A DNA stretch of 64,000 nt from Caecitellus pseudoparvulus (lineage: Eukaryota; Protista; Bigyra: Bicosoecida). The stretch is from NCBI GenBank assembly GCA_965644315.1, contig CBFFRQ010000096.1, positions 1 to 64,000 of the forward strand. The letters run 5' to 3'. Below, piece by piece: positions 24,901 through 33,157 of the stretch (the stretch's first letter is position 1; each line of letters begins with the position of its first letter). Position numbers and translations under genes: made by a program. The notes beneath the pieces are model-generated. The model was given only the letters and a program-made list of their open reading frames with translations, searched no databases and was not told where the DNA came from.

Positions 24901-25194
24901 CTGGCCTGCAGGCGCAGTGAAGCTGGGATACCGCGGTTGGCAGTGAGCGTCTCCCGCCTGGAGAGGCGCCGCCGCCGCAGGCGTGCGTGGCGAGACGGAG
25001 TGCTGTCCGAGACGGGCCAGCTGACTTGCGCCCCCATAATGTGCACCTCCTGCGGCCTGGCTCACCGAATCGCCACAGGGGGGAGCCACCGCCAGTTGTC
25101 TGGGCTGTACAAATTCTCTGCGAGCTCCCAGGCAGCCTTGTTGAAGCGGCTGGACACTCTCATCTCCCTCCTCTCCACCGCGCTTGAATCGTAA
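21988..25194 (+). CDS. KDM6: JmjC histone demethylase, KDM6 (UTX/JMJD3)-like, with C-terminal Cys-rich zinc-binding domain; first ATG at 22138
   Basis: [39 protein letters not shown] parallels UTX [39 protein letters not shown]. Distal Fe ligand in GTIHWVKA. Cys cluster CQQPGC...CETC. Confidence 0.85.
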   Translation: [1068 protein letters not shown]

Positions 25195-25216
25195 TGCACC
25201 ATGCCGCGCTAACATT

Positions 25217-25491
25217 CATTGCTGCAGCTCGCCCAGAGCCTGCACCATCAAGTGCAGCTGGTGAGCAGTGTCTGTGCTAATGCGCACGCCTGCTCCCTGT
25301 GTAGTGTGGGGGAGGGGTCGGGCACGCTTGTTCAGGTTGCGCGGTGCATGCATCAATTTCCGCATGCTCCCACCTGTGTCCCGGCCGCGGCGCCAGTGGA
25401 TGCCTTGAGGAAGGCATCCAGGTGCTTCTTTGCAAACTCTGCTGACACGGGCTTGCTTCGGGTCACAGAGGCTGCCTGGTTTGCGTCCATG
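25217..25491 (-). CDS. Small two-exon hypothetical protein
   Basis: MDANQAASVTRSKPVSAEFAKKHLDAFLKASTGAAAGTQ, then a GT donor, then a downstream exon ...AHQLHLMVQALGELQQ-stop. Confidence 0.35.
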
Positions 25492-25630
25492 ATCGTGACT
25501 GATATGTGGCGTCTGTCAACAAGCAGCGGTGCATTCAGCTTTCCACCAATACACAATGCAACAAGCAGGGGGCTGAGTTGAGGGAGCAGAGCAGCTCAGG
25601 ACGAAAGAGCATGCAAAGAGGTATTTTGGC

Positions 25631-25743
25631 CAGGGATCTCAGGGGTGTCCGGCTTTGCACCCTCCGAGTGTCCGGCTGAAGGGGGCCTTCGGCCCCTCCA
25701 GCCGGACACCCGGTGTCCGGGAACTGGCCTTCGGCCAGTCCCC
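25631..25743. repeat. hAT left TIR plus subterminal GTGTCCGG repeats and GGCC-TTC-GGCC hairpins
   Basis: GTGTCCGG/CCGGACAC occurs four times here and twice at the right end (about 50866, 50896). Two stem-loops: GGGGCC-TTC-GGCCCC and ACTGGCC-TTC-GGCCAGT. Confidence 0.8.
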
Positions 25744-26589
25744 GTACCCCCCTCTTCAAAGACCTCAATAAACGATATCCTGTACTCCATAGCAACGCTT
25801 CATGGGTAGAATATTTCTTCCTGCGCCATCCTCTGTGAATCTGTGTGCCTCTGAAAGTGCTTTACGATGAAAACCGAATCTACGGCAGAGCGTACAATCA
25901 ACTTTATGATCTTGACAACTATTCGATTAGATATTGCTGCAGTTTTGCATCTGGGCAGGCAATCTTGTCCTACTCAACACGGTACCAAGCCCAAATAGTG
26001 CAAAATGTGTGCGATACTGCTTGTACGGCACTGTTTCGGTTGGCGTGGTGATCTGTGGTCTGTGTGGCGTCGCTTGCCTGGATGCCCAGAGCTCCGCGTA
26101 GACAATCCTGCACAAGGAGCAAAAGCACTGCGGGGTGAAAAAGAATGCAGACACCCTTTGCGGTGAATCCTTGCCGAAATCGCGCAACAGGGAAGGAGTA
26201 TCACGCAGGAGGGGCGCCCTCATTGAGCTCCCGGATCCACTCCCTTGGACCAGCCTTGAAACTTGTCTCTGCAAGCAGTGACTTTGGCCTGAAAGCATAG
26301 CCCGCAAAGAACAGTGCCTCAAAATGGCCTCTGCATTGGAAATTTTGCTTCAACACCTGATCAGCTCCCCCACACCACGAAGCGTTCCCTGCTTCCCTCC
26401 ACCGGACCTCAGCGCCTGCTTGGGACCGCTTGGTGGCGCTCCTCCTGCACGAACCCTCTTCTTGCCACGAACAGCTCGGCGAAAAGGGGCAGCTGAAGCC
26501 CCAGCAAGTGAGCATGCACGCGCAGCAGGAGCAACTCGAGAGAAAACAAGCTGGACAGCTAGCCCATCCGGGCTCTTGACGAGTGCCCG

Positions 26590-27271
26590 GGGGGGATGGC
26601 ACACGCACGGCGGTGCAATCCAGCAATAATGCCTACAAGTAGGCATTATTGCCTTAGATATATCAACAAATATATTATATAAAATTTCTTTTAATATGTG
26701 CTTATCTATATCATTAAATATATATAATTAAATATCAACGAAGTTAAAATATTATTAAAACTATTTAATAAACAACTAAGAAAAAGAAAAAGATAAATTA
26801 TATAATACTATCTTAATAATATCTGCGAAGCTATGATTTATACGCTTTAGCGTGTAAATCTCTAATATGATAATTTTAATTATCCTATCATTCATAACTA
26901 TGATATATCTAAACTATATTTAAATATAATGTTCTTAAAAATGTTCTAAATAAAGTTCAAAAAAATCAATACAAAATTTATAAAAATGAAAGAGTATAAG
27001 ATAAAATTTAAAAAAGTTCAAAAAGTTCAAAAGTTCAAAGGGATTTCTAAGATTTCAAAAAAAAATATTTCAAAAAAACCAAAATGCTTGAATTCTTGAA
27101 CTTTTTGAACAGCAATATAATAAAAATGAAGGAGTTAAAATTTCCAAAAAAATAATAAAAAAATATATCTCAATAAAAATAATGAGGATTTTTTGAACTT
27201 TCTGAACAAAACCAAAAATGAACGAGCCATAAATTATATATATACAAACATTTATAAAAAAAATAGGTTTA
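26590..27271 (+). repeat. Left terminal inverted repeat of the virus (682 bp)
   Basis: Reverse complement of 48734-49415 at every segment compared by eye, from GGGGGGATGGCACAC to AAATAGGTTTA. Confidence 0.95.
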
Positions 27272-27290
27272 TTTGTCAGTTTAAAAATTA

Positions 27291-27294
27291 TCTA
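27291..27294 (+). promoter_or_regulatory. TCTA giant-virus late-type promoter motif (one of 12 copies in the element)
   Basis: AT-flanked TCTA 10 nt upstream of ATG 27305. Confidence 0.7.
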
Positions 27295-27304
27295 AGTTAT
27301 ATTA

Positions 27305-27604
27305 ATGAGCTATATTAAAAGCAGTAATAAGAAATCTCAACAGAAAAAGAAAGAACCAGTCTATAGCACTGATGATGTTGATAGATTTGAATCTATGGAA
27401 CTTGAAACATTAGCCACAGAAATTGATAAGAAAGGAAGTAAGATAAAAGATATTAAAGCACTTCTCAAATCTCACAATAAAGAATATAAAGCAATGTATG
27501 AATTATTAAATGAAAAAATGATATCTCAGAATATAAATGAAATTCATGTTGGAGATAATATATATAGTCTCCGTAAGATTAAACAATTGGTGGTTGAAAA
27601 ATAA
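27305..27604 (+). CDS. Small viral coiled-coil protein resembling small NCLDV proteins (DUF5760-like)
   Basis: 99-aa ORF with TCTA promoter; helix followed by MISQNINEIHVGDNIYSL. Family call is tentative. Confidence 0.6.
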   Translation: MSYIKSSNKKSQQKKKEPVYSTDDVDRFESMELETLATEIDKKGSKIKDIKALLKSHNKEYKAMYELLNEKMISQNINEIHVGDNIYSLRKIKQLVVEK

Positions 27605-27621
27605 TTTTATAAATATATATA

Positions 27622-27894
27622 ATGATTGTTGAAATTAAAAAAAGCAATAGAAAAAATAAAAGATATGTTGCTATATTTGATGATGAAACAAAAACACATT
27701 TTGGATATGATGGAGGTCAAACATATTTAGACCATCACGATAAAACTAAAAGAGAAAATTATAGAAAACGTCATAAGAATGATTTGAAAACTAATGACCC
27801 TAAAAGAGCAGGGTATTTATCATACTATATTTTATGGGGTGAAGAAAAGGATTTAGACAGTGCAAAAAAAGCGTATAACAAGAAATTTTTTTAA
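27622..27894 (+). CDS. Tlr6F-like (DUF5754-like) protein typical of PLVs, virophages and NCLDVs
   Basis: KKSNRKNKRYVAIF...THFG...YLDHHDKTKRENYRKRH...AGYLSYYILW pattern. Confidence 0.75.
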   Translation: MIVEIKKSNRKNKRYVAIFDDETKTHFGYDGGQTYLDHHDKTKRENYRKRHKNDLKTNDPKRAGYLSYYILWGEEKDLDSAKKAYNKKFF

Positions 27895-27906
27895 TATGTT
27901 ATAATA

Positions 27907-28800
27907 ATGATAAATAATATATTAAAAAAAATGGGTATATTCAAAGGTCTTGATAAGGATGAATTAAAAGAAATAACCGATACACCAATAAAAGATAAGA
28001 AATATCAAACACCACATAGAAAAGCATTTAAAAAAGATGCTGTTCATTATACAGATTTACTAATGCTACCAAATGATAATGGTTACAGATACGCTCTAAC
28101 GGTTGTTGATTCTAGAACACGTTATGTAGATGCTGAACCATTAAAAACAAAAAAAGCAGCTGATGTATTAGAAGCATTACAAAAAATTTATAATAGAAGT
28201 TATTTAAATGATGTTGAGTATATTTTACATGTTGATAATGGAAGCGAATTCAAAGGTCAGTTTGCGAAATACTTCAAAGAAGAAGGTGTTATTTTAAGAG
28301 TTGCCAGAACGTCAAGACACCGACAACAAAGCGTTGTGGAACATTTAAATAATGTTCTTGGAAGAATGATAATGATTACACAACAAAGACAAGAATTAGA
28401 AACAGGAACTGAAAATAAAGAATGGGTTGAATTATTACCAGAATTTATTAAACAATACAATAATGAAATGAAAAAGAAACAAATAAAAGATAAAGTATTT
28501 TTTGAAATGGAACCAAAATTAAAAGGTGTCAAAGATATTTTAAAGAAAGGAACAAAAGTTAGATTACAATTAGATAGACCAGAAGACGTCAGAGGTAAAA
28601 GATTAAAAGGAAATTTCAGAGCAGGTGATATAAGATTTAGTATTAAAATATATACGATAGATGGTTTTTTAATAACACCAGGACAACCAATTATATATTT
28701 AGTAAAAGAAATACCATTTACAGGATTTACAAGAAATCAGGTAAAAGTTGTTGATGACAATGAAGCAAAAATAGATAAAATCACATTAGATTTTGATTAA
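27907..28800 (+). CDS. Retroviral-type (rve) DDE integrase
   Basis: Catalytic motifs YTDLL, HVDNGSEFKG and SVVEHLN, plus GYRYALTVVD and WVELLPEFIKQYN. ORF intact. Confidence 0.95.
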   Translation: MINNILKKMGIFKGLDKDELKEITDTPIKDKKYQTPHRKAFKKDAVHYTDLLMLPNDNGYRYALTVVDSRTRYVDAEPLKTKKAADVLEALQKIYNRSYLNDVEYILHVDNGSEFKGQFAKYFKEEGVILRVARTSRHRQQSVVEHLNNVLGRMIMITQQRQELETGTENKEWVELLPEFIKQYNNEMKKKQIKDKVFFEMEPKLKGVKDILKKGTKVRLQLDRPEDVRGKRLKGNFRAGDIRFSIKIYTIDGFLITPGQPIIYLVKEIPFTGFTRNQVKVVDDNEAKIDKITLDFD

Positions 28801-28834
28801 ATTAAATATAATATACTTTACTATATTTAATTTA
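28798..28834. terminator. AT-rich 13-bp hairpin at the integrase stop (giant-virus-type 3'-end hairpin)
   Basis: TAAATTAAATATA (28798-28810) and TATATTTAATTTA (28822-28834) form a perfect inverted repeat between convergent transcription units. Confidence 0.6.
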
Positions 28835-28946
28835 TATATATATATCAGCTACGAATCAATGGTGAGTATAAGAGTTTAAGCTGGTGACTATATCTTATAC
28901 CACAATATACTAGATATTATTTTTTTAAGTATGTTTTAAACCTATA

Positions 28947-29585
28947 TTATAAATTCTTTTGAAATGTTCTTAATTCATCTAATACATGCTTATATTTTAT
29001 TTTATGTTTATCTTTATAGTTTTGAATTTCTATATATTCTTTAAGAATTTTAGAAGACCATTTTAATTTTGGAAATAATGTTATGAAATCATAACAGAAA
29101 CAATCTTTTTTTTCTAGTAATCCCATATCCCATTTTTTATTAGGAAATTTATATAACCAATTAGTATTAAAATTATCAGATTCAGTAATAACTCCAAAAT
29201 GCCAATACATAAATGGGCAATCCCATCTCATATCAGGACATTCTATAACCCAAATAATATCAAAATTTTTACTAAGTGTCAATTCTACCATATCCCATTT
29301 CCTATCTGAAAATTGTTTTAAAAATTCAATATCGACAAAATCGTAAAAAAAGCTGCAAAAGTCCCATTTTTTATTAGGATATTTTTTAACAAATTCTAAA
29401 TCATCTTTTGTTTTAATAAAATGTGAAAGATAATAATAATCCCAATCTTTATGAGGATATTTTTTAACAAATTCAAAATCCAAATTATTTAACCACGATA
29501 TTTTTTGATAATCCCATTCTTTGTGTGGGTGTTCCATTATGTATTCCAAATCGCATTCATAATATTTAAATTCATTATTATTCAT
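28947..29585 (-). CDS. Viral repeat protein with about seven (K)YPxKxWD units
   Basis: EHPHKEWDY, KYPHKDWDY, KYPNKKWDF, QFSDRKWDM, ECPDMRWDC, KFPNKKWDM, LFPKLKWS. Confidence 0.8.
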   Translation of the reverse strand: MNNNEFKYYECDLEYIMEHPHKEWDYQKISWLNNLDFEFVKKYPHKDWDYYYLSHFIKTKDDLEFVKKYPNKKWDFCSFFYDFVDIEFLKQFSDRKWDMVELTLSKNFDIIWVIECPDMRWDCPFMYWHFGVITESDNFNTNWLYKFPNKKWDMGLLEKKDCFCYDFITLFPKLKWSSKILKEYIEIQNYKDKHKIKYKHVLDELRTFQKNL

Positions 29586-29622
29586 ATATATATACCTAGA
29601 TAAAATATATTTTTTAAACCGT
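29583..29622 (-). promoter_or_regulatory. Duplicated promoter block ACGGTTTAAAAAATATATTTTATCTAGGTATATATAT-ATG
   Basis: Near-identical copy at 29902-29938 and a partial copy at 46544-46568. Confidence 0.75.
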
Positions 29623-29625
29623 TTT

Positions 29626-29904
29626 TTAATTAAATCTGTTTCTTCTTTGTTCTTGTTTTTTCAAAGTTATATTAGAATTCTTTTTTATTATTTTTTTCAT
29701 TTTATTATATTCAATTCTTTTCATTTTCGGAGTTAGTGCTTTGAATGACTTTAAAAATTTTGGTTTCAATTTCTTAAATATTTTAATATTTTCTCTTATC
29801 AGTTCATTGGAATCTGTATAATTATCTGTTTCATCAAAGTAAAAATCATATACATTTATGAAATTATTAATATCGTTTATATTATTAATATCATACTTTT
29901 TCAT
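29626..29904 (-). CDS. Small basic viral hypothetical protein
   Basis: 92-aa ORF preceded by the TCTA promoter block. Confidence 0.65.
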   Translation of the reverse strand: MKKYDINNINDINNFINVYDFYFDETDNYTDSNELIRENIKIFKKLKPKFLKSFKALTPKMKRIEYNKMKKIIKKNSNITLKKQEQRRNRFN

Positions 29905-29940
29905 ATATATACCTAGATAAAATATATTTTTAAACCGTAT

Positions 29941-30504
29941 TTAGAATTTTTGTTTTAGTTTGAAAACACTTTTAATTAAAGCATACAAGGATTCGTAAGA
30001 ATCGAAAATATTTAGAACATCCTCGCCACATGCACTAATTAATTCCATACGTTTCCTCGACATTTGCTCAACATTTTCAGGATTTCTGCCTTCACAAATA
30101 GTATTAAATAATTTATTAGAAGGAGTAACCACAGCAATATTATTAACATCTACACCTAAATATTTTGCTTCATTTATACTAGAACAAACTAGAATTAATT
30201 TAAATTCTTTCATTTCGTTTTTAATTTTATCAACGTATTCTTTTGCCTTCATTAAGTAATTAACATCAGCATTAGTATCACCATCAACCGCAACACTTTG
30301 AGAGACATCAATTAAATATACACCACTTTCAGCCCTTAATTGTTTGCATAAAGTGCTTTTACCGGTCATACATGACATCACAATAGCACCAAAGCGAATT
30401 TTAGACCATTTCTTTTTTTTGCTTTTACCAAAACAATTGTAAGCAGTTTTAGCACCGATAGATACAAGACCTGCACCGAGCATTATTCCCGTTTCCATAT
30501 CCAT
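29941..30504 (-). CDS. Small P-loop kinase-like protein with an N-terminal hydrophobic/basic anchor
   Basis: FGAIVMSCMTGKSTLCK Walker-A-like motif followed by YLIDV. N-terminal GIMLGAGLVSIGA then KSKKKKW. Confidence 0.7.
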   Translation of the reverse strand: MDMETGIMLGAGLVSIGAKTAYNCFGKSKKKKWSKIRFGAIVMSCMTGKSTLCKQLRAESGVYLIDVSQSVAVDGDTNADVNYLMKAKEYVDKIKNEMKEFKLILVCSSINEAKYLGVDVNNIAVVTPSNKLFNTICEGRNPENVEQMSRKRMELISACGEDVLNIFDSYESLYALIKSVFKLKQKF

Positions 30505-30539
30505 ATATATATAATCTTAGATAATATTTTTTATATATT

Positions 30540-33110
30540 CTAATTTAATCTTGTAAAAGTAAATTCCATACGCATATTATAATAGAGATTTCTATTAATT
30601 GTTACGCCTGTGTGTATTTGTGATTCTTTAACATATAAGACAATTAATTCAAGGTCTGTTAATGCACCTTTATTAATTTCTGTTTCAATAGTTTGATTTG
30701 TATAACATCTAATATAATCAACACCAACAGTTTCATTAGGATATGATGGATATACACTAGTATCAAGAAGAACTTCATCAACACCATCAATAATATCACT
30801 TTTTTGTCGTGAATAATTTCTTGAATCTGTAATAGGTGTTGGATTTAAAAATAATCTTACTGGTTGGGGGTCAAGTGTTGTATTTGTATGATATTCAAGG
30901 ACTCTTATTTTTACTTTATAATTTCCGTTTGGTAAAAAGTTTAAATCATTTGATGAATAATATTGTTGTATTTCAAGATTTGAACTTCCAGAAGGGATAT
31001 TTCCAACTTTGGTGACATTTAAAATATAAGGGCGTATTGGTGCGATTCCTGTTAAATCAAATCCATTCATATTAATATTACCATAAACTTGAACCTGACC
31101 TTTATTATTTAGTTCTAGTACTTTTTTAGAATCATCTCCGCTAAAATCACCATTTAAATAAAAACTTGCGACGGAATCAGCTTGAACGCCTGTATTTCCT
31201 GCTTGATTATTTGTTGATAATGCTATATCTAGAACAGCCTCATTAATTACCCCTCCTTGTCCGCTCCTTTGTAATGATAAAACAGTTGATGGAGGGCTTG
31301 GATTTGCTCCTGTGCTTGTTTTTGTGGGTGAAGTATTAAAAATGTTTAAAACCCCACGGCTATCTAATCCTGCACCTGATAATGGAAGAGTCCCAACTTT
31401 ACCAACGTTTCTCATTTCGTTATTTCCTGTAAATGTATTATTAGCTCCAAGTGCTACAGATGAACCAACTAAACCATCCACATATCCTTTCGTCGCTGCG
31501 TCATCAGCATCAACAGGGGTAGCAAGACCATAAATAATATTATTTGACATATTAAAAGGTATTAATGATTGAACATTATTATGATTAATATTAAAAGTAT
31601 TTACAATTGTTCCACCACTGTTATTAAAAAATGAATGTTTATTATCCCCACTACCATTAACATATCTCATATTATTTGTTGCAGTTTGTGTTTCAATATA
31701 ATTGTTTGTTCCATCATCACTTCTTAATAATGTCATTTTTCTTGATTGAACGTCAGCACAACTCAAAATTTGTCCATTTGTATTCATATCAATATTTCCT
31801 GCCATCATGTGAAGCGTTCTATATCCTCTAATTTCATTATTTAAAATTGATAAAGATAATGAGGGATTCCCAATAACATTATTATAAAAGTTATGCTGAC
31901 TGGATGTCCCCCCACTCATATTATAATAGTTTAATGCACTGTTTGTTAATTCAAAGTATCCAGCACTCGTGTTACCATCAGGGCGAATAAGCGTTAATTT
32001 ATCTGTTTGAACGTCATTAGCATCTTTAATACTGCTATTTAGTGCCATTGTTATATCTCGTCTGGCTGTAATTGAATCAGGACCAATAAATAAAATTCCA
32101 CTATTTAAACCAGAATCACGGACATAAAACCGATGTTCTTTATCAACTACACTATTAGTATATATAATATTATTAAGTCCATCAGCGTTGATGCTTCCTG
32201 CTTTATTTCCATTACTTTGTAGTAGTGTTATTTCTTTTATTTCCACTTCATCTGTTGTCATTTTATCAGTGAAAGTTTTTTGACCTCCTATAGTTTGATT
32301 TGTTATTAAATTTACAGCATTATCATCTACATATTTTTTTGTTGCTGCTTCATCGTCATCTACAGGCTCAGCAAGACCATAAAGAATATTATTTGACATA
32401 TTAAAAGGTAGTAATGATTGAACGCTATTATAATTTATATTAAATGTATTTATTACAGTTCCAGAATTATTATTAAAAAATGAGTGTGTGCCATTTCCAC
32501 TTCCAACAACATATTTAAATATATGTGTTGATGGTTCGCTTTCTATAAAATTTGATGGGACACCATCACTTCGCATTAATATCATTTTATTAGTTTGTAT
32601 ATCTTGTTCAGTAATGAGGGTATTTGTGAAAGTTTTTTCACCCCCAACATTTTGATTACCTGATAATTTAACCGTATTATTATCAAATTGTTGTTTTGTA
32701 ATTGGTTCATTTTGGCTGTTTGCATCTCTCACCCTTACTGTGCCTAAATCATAAGGTTGTTCTAATGTTGTTAATGGTTCAGTTGAGGCATTATTATAAA
32801 CAATACCTACATCTTGACCGCTTTTAAATATTAACCCTTTATAACGTGTATTTCCTGCTATATTTTCTTTTGCAGTAAAACCAGTATCAGCATTGACAGC
32901 AGGTGTAGCATTATTAAATTCAACAATTGCATCTTTTACTTTGAATGTTTCAAGTTCATTAATGATTTCTTCTCCATCTACTTCTAAATTACCCGTAACA
33001 GTAATATTATTAAATGTAATATTTGGCTTTTCTTGAATAATTTCTAACATATCATCAGCAAGGCTTGACCCATCCATATTAAGGGAGAATGATTGTCGTG
33101 AATCGTCCAT
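30540..33110 (-). CDS. Modular virion fibre / receptor-binding protein
   Basis: Located after the penton. Asn/Gly/Thr-rich. Fibre-type motifs EAATKKYVD, DAATKGYVD, LSGNQNVGGEKTF and NQTIGGQKTF. Internal duplication of about 90 aa. Confidence 0.75.
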   Translation of the reverse strand: MDDSRQSFSLNMDGSSLADDMLEIIQEKPNITFNNITVTGNLEVDGEEIINELETFKVKDAIVEFNNATPAVNADTGFTAKENIAGNTRYKGLIFKSGQDVGIVYNNASTEPLTTLEQPYDLGTVRVRDANSQNEPITKQQFDNNTVKLSGNQNVGGEKTFTNTLITEQDIQTNKMILMRSDGVPSNFIESEPSTHIFKYVVGSGNGTHSFFNNNSGTVINTFNINYNSVQSLLPFNMSNNILYGLAEPVDDDEAATKKYVDDNAVNLITNQTIGGQKTFTDKMTTDEVEIKEITLLQSNGNKAGSINADGLNNIIYTNSVVDKEHRFYVRDSGLNSGILFIGPDSITARRDITMALNSSIKDANDVQTDKLTLIRPDGNTSAGYFELTNSALNYYNMSGGTSSQHNFYNNVIGNPSLSLSILNNEIRGYRTLHMMAGNIDMNTNGQILSCADVQSRKMTLLRSDDGTNNYIETQTATNNMRYVNGSGDNKHSFFNNSGGTIVNTFNINHNNVQSLIPFNMSNNIIYGLATPVDADDAATKGYVDGLVGSSVALGANNTFTGNNEMRNVGKVGTLPLSGAGLDSRGVLNIFNTSPTKTSTGANPSPPSTVLSLQRSGQGGVINEAVLDIALSTNNQAGNTGVQADSVASFYLNGDFSGDDSKKVLELNNKGQVQVYGNINMNGFDLTGIAPIRPYILNVTKVGNIPSGSSNLEIQQYYSSNDLNFLPNGNYKVKIRVLEYHTNTTLDPQPVRLFLNPTPITDSRNYSRQKSDIIDGVDEVLLDTSVYPSYPNETVGVDYIRCYTNQTIETEINKGALTDLELIVLYVKESQIHTGVTINRNLYYNMRMEFTFTRLN

Positions 33111-33157
33111 ATTATATATACATTATATAAAAATTTTTAGAGTTTATATAATATAAT

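Noticed and set aside
93-25600. Many long overlapping ORFs such as 383-1279, 4127-5302, 16771-18282 and 18288-19319 (likewise 56316-57680)
   Set aside because: Antisense or off-frame shadows of real genes in GC-rich DNA, with no recognisable motifs.
26590-26622. GC-rich 33 bp as host flanking sequence
   Set aside because: It is present in inverted orientation at 49383-49415, so it belongs to the viral TIR.
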